From a virus (lineage: Duplodnaviria; Caudoviricetes): a stretch of DNA of 64,000 nucleotides. The position numbers and the translations under genes are program-made. The DNA lies in IMG/VR virus record IMGVR_UViG_3300021400_001327, positions 1 to 64,000 of that record; one strand, given 5' to 3'. The notes beneath the pieces are model-generated. The model ran no database searches and had not been told where the DNA came from. It worked only from the letters and a program-made list of their open reading frames with translations. Shown here piece by piece: positions 50,570 through 60,171 of the stretch (the first letter of the stretch is position 1; every line of letters starts with the position of its first letter).

Positions 50570-53330
50570 TGTTCATCGGGACCATCGTGTAGTGACGCCC
50601 AAGATAGCTGAGCTCGCCATCATCATCGCGCTTTGGCACCATGATGCCAGCCTGCGGCTTCACGTTCGCCACGACACCGTCCGGCGCCACGACCCAAGGG
50701 AACTTCCTTCCGCGCCCTTTGTACACCTCATGCACGAGCTTTGTAGCAATATTGGCCAGCACCCGCTGGTCATCACAAACCTCAGCGCACAGCTTCCTAT
50801 ACTTCTGATACAGCGCGTCCCAGTCGGCGATGAAGGTAGTCGCCTCGTACTTCGTAAACTGCTGTCTGATCTCACGGTCAGAGTACCGCCTGACTTTCGT
50901 CTGGTATTTCTGGAGCTCGTTCGTCTCCTTGCAGAAGTCTTTGAATATCTTGGCCACCGCGTCGAACTGCTCTTGTGTGTAGGCAATGCTCTCGTCGCAC
51001 ATCACACTGTAGTCGAATCGCTCCTTCCGCCGCCACTTAAGCTCACGTTCCCATTTCTCGAGCTCACGGCAGAGGCGGTTCATATTGCTCGGCGCTTTTG
51101 AAAGTTCCATCCTTGCGTAGTACGGCGACCGATACCGCATAAAATACGGGAGGGGTCTGCCCCACTTACTGATTACGCGGGGCATTGAATAAAGGACGCC
51201 GGTTTTTGCGTAATCGATGCTCTTCCCGACGATGGTACTGATAATGTCCTCATACTTCTCGTACCGCTCCTTCTGCTCATCTGTCTTCGGGCAGCGGTTC
51301 AGATATACACTCGCGTAGTTGCTGTACTCGCCAATCATATTCTTTGTTGTTCTGGTCAACAGCAGGACGCGACCGGCGGCGTCGTTGTTTTCCTTCAGGG
51401 CTGTGACCTTGTCTTCCATGTCGATAACGATAGTGGCGTTTTTGTCCGACCCGTCCAGGAAGAGCGGGTTGTCATTGACCAGTACGATATCACCCATAAC
51501 CCACCGGCTTTCGCCGATGGCCGGACTATTTCTTTACCCATTGCTGGGCAGCTGGCACTTCGCCGACTGGAGTTTCACCAGCCAGCTACTCCTTACGGAT
51601 AGTCTCTACACCTTCCTCTCACGAGGCTTGGCACGGCATTGTCCTGCGCTCATGCGTTTAGAGTTTTGCCGTTAGCCGACCCAAAAGTCCATATATTATT
51701 GATAGTGGTCATTTGGTCCGACACCCCAGTTGTCTGGGTTCACCAGCTTTTCATCATCACGTTACCGTGATGCGCGACAGTGTTACTTATCGAAATCCGC
51801 ACCGTTCAATCTCTGCGCCACTAAGCTCTTTATGTTCAGCATAGCCACATTTGTCAGGTGGCCGCACCATTTCCAAATCTCGTCCGCGTTATTCACTCGG
51901 AGCACTACGTTCTCGCTCCGGCAGATGTGCGGGTTTCTTGTCACGACGTATTCCCCGTCGTACGTGATGCCCTTGCCTTTCGTCCAGAACTCATCGGCGC
52001 CGAGACAGCCGACAACCGGAAGTCCGCCAATGTGTTCCGCAAACGCGATCAGGTCTGGGGCGATAAACTTGAAGCATGACTTAATGTACAGCTTACCGCA
52101 CTTCATATCGTTGATAAACTTGTCCAGCAGGGACATGATGTATTTGTTCACTGTTGGCTCTTTCATCATGGCGTCGTTCTTAGCAATCGCCGCCACGTAC
52201 GCGTTCAGCGCGTTGCACTTCCCGTCTACGATACCAAGGAAGCATTTGGTAAAAAGCTCGTCTCCGCTAACGATGCGCTCAATCCACCTCGCAGACTGGT
52301 GGGCCAAGGTCTTGAAGTCCTCATAGGGCAGGTCCAGCGTCTGCAAGACCTGATAATTGCTCCGTGTGTACACCGGCTCTTCCTCTTCGGTGAAGTTGGC
52401 GCGGGCAATAGAAATACAGTGTTCGTATTTATAGAACGCATCCCAGTACCGTTGCCAGTCCCTTGCGTCGCCGTACTGCTTGAAGTAGCCGAGCCCCTTG
52501 TACATGCTCTCGCTCAGGATGATCATCTCTTCGTGGATGCTGTGCTTCTGCCCCCACAGGTCCTCAATATACTCGACGCCGCGCTCCTCGTAGAAGCCCT
52601 CGTAGTCGAAGACGTGAAGACACCCTTTAATGAACGGCTGCCTGTAGATGACGGTGGTGATGGGCGTTGTGCTGTTGGTCAGCGTCTCCATCCAGTGAGC
52701 CACGTTCTTATGCATGATGCCAACACCATCGAACGCGTTGATCTCGTAGTCGAACACGCCCTCGGCGATGTCCTTCTGCGTAAAGTTGAACTCTTTGCCT
52801 TCAGAGTTCGTGTACGTGGTCACCTTATCAACAAGGTGTTTGATGCGCTGGTTCTTGATGGTCGTCATCATGTCCGGCACAACGATCATCTTCGGCACAT
52901 AGTTCTCGATGCAGTGTGCTGATGAAAGCGCGAGCCCGCGATAGGCGTACCACTTGCTCAGTACCGTCTTGTCGATTTTCAGCCCCATCGTCACGCGCTC
53001 TGTGAGCTCGTCCGCTATCGAGGCATCGACCATCGACAGTACGCCCTGGCGCACCATAGACGCGCTGCGCTCGCCGAGCACGAACGGTCGCCCGCGTATC
53101 TTGATACCCTCCAGCGCAAGCCGCGACAGTGTAACAGCGATATCCTTGTGGTAGTTAATGTCCACGAAGATGATATACGGGTTGTACTTCGACGTCACGC
53201 CGGTGATGCGCCTGATCTGTCTCAGGTACTGGCTGTCGGCCTGCTTGATGAAATACTTCTTCTCTTCCTCTGGCGAGATATCCAGACTGAAATCTGCCTT
53301 TACGATCGTACGCAGATCAATCGAGCGCAC
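50505..53330 (-). CDS. yonO: YonO-like single-subunit (cellular RdRP-fold) DNA-dependent RNA polymerase, spliced (exons 53330-51789 and 51494-50505; ~843 aa)
   Basis: SASMVRQG, AFDGVG, RQPFIKG, VTRNPHI..SE, RLNGADFD|GD, GKSIDYAKTG; heads an SPbeta-like late cluster. Confidence 0.88.
51495..51788 (-). ncRNA. Group I intron (294 nt, no ORF) inside the RNAP catalytic DFDGD motif
   Basis: P1 CGAU/GUCG; P UAACGGCAAAA; Q AAUGCCGUGC; R GUGUAGAGACUA; S AAGAAAUAGUCC; P9 GAAA hairpin; terminal G. Confidence 0.93.
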
Positions 53331-53372
53331 GATATACTGCTTAGGCGCCTGTATGTTGCAACACCGCCCTTC

Positions 53373-53573
53373 TTAATCTTCTTCGAGCTCCCGTATGCTG
53401 AAGCCCGCCTGAGCCCATGTCTCTTCCCTCGCTACCTCATAGGCGCGTTCTGGAGACTCGAACTCATCATCGTAGTCATTTGGGTAATAATAGCCGCAGT
53501 ACTGCTCGCCTTCCTTCCCGCAACCCGTCAGCCGCCAGTAACAGGTCGCGCATGAATACTTTGATTTGATCAA
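53373..53573 (-). CDS. Small Cys-rich hypothetical protein
   Basis: CATCYW...C...CGYY. Confidence 0.6.
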   Translation of the reverse strand: MIKSKYSCATCYWRLTGCGKEGEQYCGYYYPNDYDDEFESPERAYEVAREETWAQAGFSIRELEED

Positions 53574-54004
53574 CCCTCATCACCGGCCTCTGCGGCATCG
53601 CCGCCTTCTTCTATGAAAAGACTGGGATTGCTGGCCATGTACGCAGATTTCGCGCTTGGTACGACGTGATTGTTCAGATCCAGTACAAACTCCTGTAACC
53701 GCTGCAACGTGACCTCCGGCGGCAACAGTCCCTGAGCCATCGCATCCATCATAATGGCCACGACCTGCGCCGGTTCACACATCATGGGCTCCATAGCCAC
53801 CACCTTTGAGTGCTTCAGGATGAACGCCTTTACCTTCGGCGTGAACTTGGTCACCCCTACATTCACGAACACGTTGGCGAGGTCTACCATCACCGTATCC
53901 CCCATACCATCCACATACACGCGCTGAACACCGCACGTCTTCGGCGGCGCCCCCTCTTCTGTCTGTTCCATCAACGCCACCTTGAACCAATGCTTTACTT
54001 CCAT
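53570..54004 (-). CDS. Hypothetical protein
   Basis: AGGAGG RBS; chained with neighbouring genes. Confidence 0.6.
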   Translation of the reverse strand: MEVKHWFKVALMEQTEEGAPPKTCGVQRVYVDGMGDTVMVDLANVFVNVGVTKFTPKVKAFILKHSKVVAMEPMMCEPAQVVAIMMDAMAQGLLPPEVTLQRLQEFVLDLNNHVVPSAKSAYMASNPSLFIEEGGDAAEAGDEG

Positions 54005-54019
54005 GCTTCCCGCTACCTC

Positions 54020-54328
54020 CTATTTGATTTCTGCCTGTAAACCATATTTCTTGAACAGCGCCTCGACATGCTGCCTGATTGTCTCCTCACGCATAAGCTC
54101 CGGCTGTCTGTTCGCCAAAGACAAAGCTTCGAGCATTACAGACTGCACTTCCTGTATCGCGAAGACGACCAGCATCCCCTCCCTGTAGGCCACTGCCTTT
54201 CCAAGGTCAATGATCGGCTGTACGTCGTCCAGCACAGCCGACGGCGACCCGAACCTCGTCTTGCCGATAAACTCATTGACGAAATGGTCAATAGTAAGGG
54301 CGACCCACTCACCCGTCACGTCAGCCAT
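54020..54328 (-). CDS. Hypothetical protein
   Basis: Translationally coupled ORF. Confidence 0.6.
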   Translation of the reverse strand: MADVTGEWVALTIDHFVNEFIGKTRFGSPSAVLDDVQPIIDLGKAVAYREGMLVVFAIQEVQSVMLEALSLANRQPELMREETIRQHVEALFKKYGLQAEIK

Positions 54329-54686
54329 CGGCGCTCACCTTCAACTTCAGCTTCTCGACCATCTTGTCGTCGACCAGCTTGGCGCGGTCAATAAACTTCC
54401 GCATGTCGTCCCATACATCCTCAAGGGTTTTGGTCCCGCGCCGGTTGATCGACTCTCGCATCTGCGCCGATACGATAGCCTGGAGCACACCGCCAAGCGT
54501 CGTGTAATAACCGACAGCCACATAGTTCTCTTTGCCGATGTTCTCCTGCTTGGGCTGTTTGCCGGTGCCGCCGCCTTTGACCTTCGTTCGCCGGTACAAA
54601 ATCAAACAGTAGTTGTCCGCGCCGAGGAACCACTCATCAACGATCGGTATGACCTTCGGCTCCCTTTTCTCTTCTGCCAAACCCAC
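54321..54686 (-). CDS. Hypothetical protein (DUF5405-like)
   Basis: GADNYCLILY...VGYYTTLGGVLQAI; GGAGGTG RBS. Confidence 0.55.
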   Translation of the reverse strand: MGLAEEKREPKVIPIVDEWFLGADNYCLILYRRTKVKGGGTGKQPKQENIGKENYVAVGYYTTLGGVLQAIVSAQMRESINRRGTKTLEDVWDDMRKFIDRAKLVDDKMVEKLKLKVSADG

Positions 54687-54718
54687 TCACCTCCATAAAT
54701 ATCCTTAAAACTAATTTG

Positions 54719-54767
54719 AACAAATCGCCACGCGTTTCCACGAAGCGAGCCGATAACTTGTTAGGGT
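54719..54767 (+). repeat. Bipartite site, copy A (AACAAAtCGCCA-N20-CGATAACTTGTTAGGGT)
   Basis: An inverted copy lies at 58585-58633. Confidence 0.7.
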
Positions 54768-54815
54768 GTTTTTCCATCGGCCTTCACGATCTCTAAAATA
54801 TTGATTTCAGATTGC

Positions 54816-55211
54816 TTACTTCTTTTTTCTGCTCTGCTCGACCCTGTCCTCAATGATTTCGGCGATCCTCGGGTCTTTGACGATCTCTTCGGCGTCCGCG
54901 TCGGTCGGTACACGATAAGCGCTCTGCACGTAGTTGTAGAAAGCCCCTTTCATCTTTTGACCGAGACCGGCGACAGAGATCATGCCGCCGTTCCAAGCGT
55001 CGGCCAGTACGTTGATATCCGAGTACGCCGGGGTCGAAAGTTTACAGCAGGTACACTCGATCCAATATGCGTGAAGGTTTTTGAATATAGCCTTACTGCC
55101 GCAGAGGGGGCACGTCTTTATCTTCGGCTGTTGCTCGGGCAGCTCAACGTATGCCGTCTCGGTAAGGGACTGAACGCCATAACCAGTGTTCCAGAATGCA
55201 CCGCTTGCCAT
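54816..55211 (-). CDS. Lar-family (restriction alleviation-like) Zn-finger protein
   Basis: IKTCPLCGSKA...WIECTCC...AWN. Confidence 0.6.
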   Translation of the reverse strand: MASGAFWNTGYGVQSLTETAYVELPEQQPKIKTCPLCGSKAIFKNLHAYWIECTCCKLSTPAYSDINVLADAWNGGMISVAGLGQKMKGAFYNYVQSAYRVPTDADAEEIVKDPRIAEIIEDRVEQSRKKK

Positions 55212-55516
55212 TACGCATCCCGTTCCTTCCGGTACCAGTCATTGAATATCTCACAGGCGAGCCACAACTGATGCCATATCTGGCCAATATCGATCTCCGC
55301 GATCTCGGTGAACGGTCTGTCGCCCACGAAGTGAAGCTCTGGCGGTTCCTTGCCGGAGAAGTACCAGTAGGCCAGCGTGAAGCAGTAAGCTCTGCCGGAG
55401 CTCTCCCTGGTCCATTTGACGAGCTCTACGTAAGGCTGGCCGTCGCCGAGACTCTTTGTTGTTCGTATTTCAAACTCACCGTATTTCCAATTGAAGTCGA
55501 ATTGATTGGTCTCCAT
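55211..55516 (-). CDS. Hypothetical protein (METNQFDFNWKYGEFEIR...)
   Basis: Internal ATG of the 55211-55783 ORF, with an AAGGAG RBS. Confidence 0.6.
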   Translation of the reverse strand: METNQFDFNWKYGEFEIRTTKSLGDGQPYVELVKWTRESSGRAYCFTLAYWYFSGKEPPELHFVGDRPFTEIAEIDIGQIWHQLWLACEIFNDWYRKERDA

Positions 55517-55719
55517 GCATACTCTCCTTTGATGCCATCCATCCTCGCTCCGCACTCGGGGCAGAAGTTGGTCATTGCAAAATCTCCAGCCTTGTCCTCT
55601 ATCGCGAAGGTCAAACAGTTTGAGCAGAACGGCTCGACGCCGTGTTCGTTCGCCACCCATTCCGCATGAGGCTGGGATGGACACTTCCCGCACTGGTCTG
55701 TGGCATAAGTCCACGTCAT
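55426..55719 (-). CDS. Zn-ribbon protein
   Basis: AEW...FCSNC...NFCPECGARMD, a common phage early-gene motif. Confidence 0.6.
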   Translation of the reverse strand: MTWTYATDQCGKCPSQPHAEWVANEHGVEPFCSNCLTFAIEDKAGDFAMTNFCPECGARMDGIKGEYAWRPINSTSIGNTVSLKYEQQRVSATASLT

Positions 55720-56054
55720 TTCTTTCCGGCCTCCTCGGCTGCGGTCGCCGCGATGAAGCGGTCCCTGAACTCGATCGCCGCACGGCTCATGTAGGCAGCG
55801 CCGTCGGTGGCCTCGTCCAAAGTATCGGGCAGGCGTCCGGCCAGAAACTCACCGAATAGCAGGTGAACGCCGAGCGTGATCATGTCCCGCTTATGCCGGT
55901 TGCGGCCAGCGCCCTTGATGGCGACAGCGCAGACCTCTGCCAGGTACTGGTCCCAATGTTTATAGAAGCCGGTCTCAGGCGCGATCTTGAACCCGCAGAC
56001 TTCCATCATTTTCTTCAACACATCATCCATGCTTGATGGCCTCCTCAAATTCAT
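55716..56054 (-). CDS. Hypothetical protein (likely start 56030)
   Basis: GAGGAGG RBS before MDDVLKK. Confidence 0.55.
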   Translation of the reverse strand: MNLRRPSSMDDVLKKMMEVCGFKIAPETGFYKHWDQYLAEVCAVAIKGAGRNRHKRDMITLGVHLLFGEFLAGRLPDTLDEATDGAAYMSRAAIEFRDRFIAATAAEEAGKK

Positions 56055-56406
56055 CCAATAGCTTAGCCGCCCTCAACATCAGTGCGCCGGTGCAATCACC
56101 GAGGGACTTTCCGTGGTCGGTTCCCGTTACGCAGTCACTGCACGTCTCATCGTTATACGGCAGGCTGCACCGCTTGAGAGACATCGACGTCTGTTGTACC
56201 TCGCCGAGAAGGACGGCGTTCTGGATAACCTTCATCTCCTCGATCTCGTGACGATCGCGCTCAAGGGACAAGTCCTTCCTCAGCTGGCTGATCTCGTTCT
56301 CCGCGTCACGCATCCTGTGCGCGTCCGTGATGTGCATAATGACGAGCAGAAGGCATAGCGCCGTAAATAAAAAATAAATGACCCGAAGGTCAGTCTCAAT
56401 GTTCAT
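56023..56406 (-). CDS. Hypothetical membrane-anchored protein
   Basis: MNIETDLR start with GGAGGTG RBS; one TM segment. Confidence 0.55.
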   Translation of the reverse strand: MNIETDLRVIYFLFTALCLLLVIMHITDAHRMRDAENEISQLRKDLSLERDRHEIEEMKVIQNAVLLGEVQQTSMSLKRCSLPYNDETCSDCVTGTDHGKSLGDCTGALMLRAAKLLDEFEEAIKHG

Positions 56407-56656
56407 GGGGCACCTCCAATACTTCTGCCGGTACGCTCCAGCACTCCCATGTGACCCCGTACTCATTCAATGGCAACATGTACCTGTGCTTCGCGCTCTC
56501 GAACAGGTAAACACCGCTATCCTGCATAAGGAAGAACGTTGGCTCCTGGCACCACACTTCGTCTGGGTCACAGCAGGTGATAACGACGAGCTCGTTCTCC
56601 TCCAGACATTTAACGTCGAGGAGAGTCATCTTAGTTATCTTGCTCATCGAACTCAT
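56396..56656 (-). CDS. Hypothetical protein
   Basis: ORF with RBS; YGVTWECW motif. Confidence 0.55.
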   Translation of the reverse strand: MSSMSKITKMTLLDVKCLEENELVVITCCDPDEVWCQEPTFFLMQDSGVYLFESAKHRYMLPLNEYGVTWECWSVPAEVLEVPHEH

Positions 56657-56743
56657 TCCTTCCTCCTGCGCTCACCAGCGCCATACAAAAAATGCCAACC
56701 ATCGCTGACAGGGGAACGATCCAGAACAGATGCCATATACTAA

Positions 56744-57412
56744 TCATTGCTCCACCTTTCTGATCACGTACCGGTGATCCCTGAACTCAGATTCCTTATC
56801 CATCTTCTCAACGCTGCGCACAATAATGTTGCAGTCGCCCTTAGCTGTATTTACGAGCGCGATATCCCCAGGCTTCAGTTTCTCCGCCAGCGCCTTGTCC
56901 GCGTACCACTGGAAGTCCACTGTGTCGGTCGCGTGATGGACGCCGTGCACCACGTACAGATCCCTCTCATCGTCGTGCAAAGCATCGATATGGCAGAGCA
57001 CGTTCCACAGGCTTTGCTGTACCTGCTTCGCCTCAGCGCCGATACGCTCGATTTCGTCCTTGTACCGTTTCATGGTTTCGCCCAAGCCCTCAGCCTTTCG
57101 CTGAAGCTCTAGCTTTCGCGCCATGAGTGCGCTGTACTGGTGCTCCCTCTTCACATGCTCGACAGGCGGAGGCGTGAACTTGATTGAGGCCAGCATCTCC
57201 TCCGGCGTGAGCTCATGCTCGAGCACCCACTGCTTCTTCTTCACGTCCTTGCCGTTGTCTGTTACGACAGCAACATCATACATTTGCCAGGAGTCATCGG
57301 CCATGTCATAATAACCAACGGTCGAATACGGGTCCTTCCTTAACTTCCAGAGCCATTTGCCCTCGCCCGTGTCCTGATTGATAAAATATCCAATGCTTCC
57401 CTGATACATCAA
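56744..57412 (-). CDS. Hypothetical protein with a coiled coil
   Basis: GGGAGG RBS; 222 aa. Confidence 0.6.
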   Translation of the reverse strand: MMYQGSIGYFINQDTGEGKWLWKLRKDPYSTVGYYDMADDSWQMYDVAVVTDNGKDVKKKQWVLEHELTPEEMLASIKFTPPPVEHVKREHQYSALMARKLELQRKAEGLGETMKRYKDEIERIGAEAKQVQQSLWNVLCHIDALHDDERDLYVVHGVHHATDTVDFQWYADKALAEKLKPGDIALVNTAKGDCNIIVRSVEKMDKESEFRDHRYVIRKVEQ

Positions 57413-57507
57413 AACCTCCCGTTATCGTACCAGTCAGATAGTACAGCCATGATTAACACGATACAGAATAAACCGAGAATGATCGTCATGTCCGCTAAGT
57501 CCCCCAC
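57409..57507 (-). CDS. Small hydrophobic peptide (~26-32 aa)
   Basis: AAGGAGGTGA RBS at 57516-57525; ...MTIILGLFCIVLIMAVLSDWYDNGRF. Confidence 0.45.
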   Translation of the reverse strand: MGDLADMTIILGLFCIVLIMAVLSDWYDNGRF

Positions 57508-57605
57508 AATGAAGGTCACCTCCTTTGCGTAAATAAAAAACGGCGAGCCTTCGCGCCCGCTCAGAGATATGTAAAAGGCAGACACCTGGTCTGCCCTGTA
57601 AGAAT

Positions 57606-57634
57606 AATATAACACATCGTGGCCGCTGCGTCAA
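57606..57634 (-). promoter_or_regulatory. SigA-type promoter for the early minus-strand operon
   Basis: TTGACG-17 bp-TATATT with an extended -10 TG. Confidence 0.65.
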
Positions 57635-57659
57635 ATTAGGTTGGCGGCTCCGTTCTATC

Positions 57660-58450
57660 CATTGGATAAACTCTGGATGTATATTTTAAAATCGACGAAT
57701 CTTTTGTAATATCAGATTAATTAAATTATTTTTAATCTGTTTTTTGAAAAATTCTCTATCATTAGTATAGTATATATAATAAGACTAATAATCAGATTAG
57801 TACTCAGTTAGATGAGAACTACTGTACAGTAGAACTCAATCAGTTGAGAACTCCTGTAGATGAGTCCTAATTTTTTAAAAACTAATAAGACCGGTCTTAA
57901 TAGCTTATACTCTCTATGGACATAATGGTATACCATTCTCTCTATGAGGTACATGTAGAATAAGCTATTCTGTAACGATATAATATTATAAGCTTAGATG
58001 CAATATAATATAAACTATTACACTCAATAAACTTAGATGCAATATATAAGCTATTAAGCTCAAGTAACTTAGATACGTCTACTATGATACATAATAATAT
58101 AATCTATGACTTAACGGCTTATATAAGCTATTACCTAACGGCTTATACCAGATGTCACTTAATAGCTTATACTCTCCAGTCTTAAGGGCTTATATCTCAT
58201 AGAGTCCTTGATTCTAACTGCTGATATATTCATTTATAGCCATGAAGCAAATAAATGAATATATCAGCAGAGAGTAATAGAAGAATATAGAGAAGACTGT
58301 CCATAGAGTACATGTAGAGCGTAATAGCTTAGTAACGTATCAAGGACTCGTTACAGAATAGCTTATACCTCTCGGTGCTTATATGCTTACCATTATGTTC
58401 TAATCTCTTAATAGCTTTTAAGATAATGGGTCTCGGCAAAAAATTTTCTT
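57660..58450. repeat. AT-rich noncoding region with iteron-like repeats; putative replication origin
   Basis: AATAGCTTAT/ATAAGCTATT repeated in both orientations; CTTAGAT tandem units; perfect 20-bp inverted repeat at 58218-58270; no ORF. Confidence 0.55.
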
Positions 58451-58584
58451 GGGTCGGATGGCTTCGGGGCGCCGGTGACTGACGGCTGATGACGCAGCGG
58501 CTGGCGATTTATCGCCAGGAAGTTTTGCGGCGGGCGCGTATCTGTATTTTTAATTCTAACAAATCCCTGAACGTCTCCGGCTGG

Positions 58585-58633
58585 ACCCTAACAAGTTATC
58601 GACCTTTACGAAAGAATTGGCTGGCGGTTTGTT
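58585..58633 (-). repeat. Bipartite site, copy B (inverted relative to copy A)
   Basis: Minus strand reads AACAAAcCGCCA-N20-CGATAACTTGTTAGGGT. Confidence 0.7.
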
Positions 58634-58655
58634 AGAATTTAATATACGTGTATTT

Positions 58656-59492
58656 TCACTCGTCGTCGTCAGTGTCGAGCGCGTACTGGTAGCTGAGTTC
58701 CATGCTCTTCACGGCAGTTTTGCCTAGTACAAAATCAGAAACACCGCGCCGGAGACTGCTGGTACGCGGGAGCCGACATCCGATGTAAGCCATCGTGGTC
58801 GTCTGGTTCGCGTGACGAAGCATCAGGGATGTGTCCGCCATAGCGAGCGCCGCGTTCTGGATGTCTCGGGACGTAGAGGCTATCGTGTTGGCGATGGTGG
58901 CGAAGGTCTTACGCATCGTGTGTGTAGAGGTCCTGAGGTATGGAGCCGCTGCGCGTAAGCCGGTACGCAATAACCGGTTGGCGGCGTCGGTCGCCATCGG
59001 GGTTTTGCCCTTGCCTTTGTTCGAGGCGAAGAGGTAGTTGTCCTGGGTGAACGGCATGGTCCAGCGGCACTCGTTGATGTAGAGGCTGACGTACTGCTTG
59101 ATGGCGTCCGTGATCAGCATCTCGTCGTCCTGAGAGCAGGTGCGCTTGCCGGTCTTGATCTCGATGATGTCGATAGCCCGCCTGAACGTGATGGGGTTCG
59201 TGGAGATCAGAAGGTCGGATACCTTGAGAGCGCAGAGGTCAGAAATACGAAGGCCGGTACATACACCAGTCACGAACATAGCGGCTTCCCTGAACTTGCG
59301 CTGGGAGAGGAAGTGATCGATGACCGCCTTTACCTGAGCATAGGACTCAAGGGGCTGCGCGGCCTTGATGGCAGAGACGCCCTTCGCCAACTGCTTCTGG
59401 CGCGGGGTAAGATTTTCGTCCTCTACGGTATAAGCCAGAGAGGTCATGTTCACAGAGTCCGCGCCGGGGAACGCAATGATCTTACCGCTCAT
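58656..59492 (-). CDS. Second tyrosine recombinase (essentially the catalytic domain only)
   Basis: TGLRISDL, EIKTGK, HTMRKTF, LRH...TMAYIG. Confidence 0.88.
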   Translation of the reverse strand: MSGKIIAFPGADSVNMTSLAYTVEDENLTPRQKQLAKGVSAIKAAQPLESYAQVKAVIDHFLSQRKFREAAMFVTGVCTGLRISDLCALKVSDLLISTNPITFRRAIDIIEIKTGKRTCSQDDEMLITDAIKQYVSLYINECRWTMPFTQDNYLFASNKGKGKTPMATDAANRLLRTGLRAAAPYLRTSTHTMRKTFATIANTIASTSRDIQNAALAMADTSLMLRHANQTTTMAYIGCRLPRTSSLRRGVSDFVLGKTAVKSMELSYQYALDTDDDE

Positions 59493-59549
59493 AATAGCCT
59501 CCGATTAGATGTAGGATCTGGTACGGTGGACCTGACTTCCACCGAAATC

Positions 59550-59578
59550 AGTGTACCACAAAATGTCGGTTTTGTCAA
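59550..59578 (-). promoter_or_regulatory. SigA-type promoter of the recombinase, overlapped by an AAAATGTCGGT direct repeat
   Basis: TTGACA-17 bp-TACACT with TG; repeat copies at 59560 and 59582. Confidence 0.75.
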
Positions 59579-60171
59579 GAGAAAATGTCGGTCTCCCGGG
59601 CGTTTTCGCGAGGTCGATGTCGGCCTGTGCGATTGAATGCGGGGATGGCGGAAGTGGTCTGGCGACGATGAGGAGCTTGGTGTGCAGCGGCTACGGAAGA
59701 TCAGGCGGCGCCCACACGTTAAAAGAAGGGGACGTAAAGGCCACTACATCATCATGGAAAATGTTTTCCAATCCCCTTTCCCTGTGACTCCCTGGTCCCA
59801 TTTCTTTTGCTTTTCCCAGAGCTCAGAAATGGGACCAGACTACTGGGAGGGAAGGGGATAAGCCGGGAGGCGCAGAGGGTGGGTATACACTCTTTTCGGT
59901 GGTGATTGGTGTCGCGTTTGGGGTCGCAGGGGGAGGAGGTGGTTTTGGGGGTTGAGAGGGGGATTTTGGTGGATGGGAAATAAATTTTGGGGGTTGGGAG
60001 GAGAGGCAGCTTGGCCGGGCCAGGCTGGTCGCTCGGTGGGCTGAGATGTAAACGGGGCGGGGGATGTCGGGTTTCTGTCGAAAACCGATATTCTGCGGCG
60101 GTCGCGGTCGCGGCATAAAAAGAGCAGGGGCGGCGGCGCGTCCCTGCTTCTGTTGCGGTGGTGGTCAATGG

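Noticed and set aside
57990-58080. Mini CRISPR array in the AT-rich region
   Set aside because: The units are degenerate tandem copies without unique spacers.
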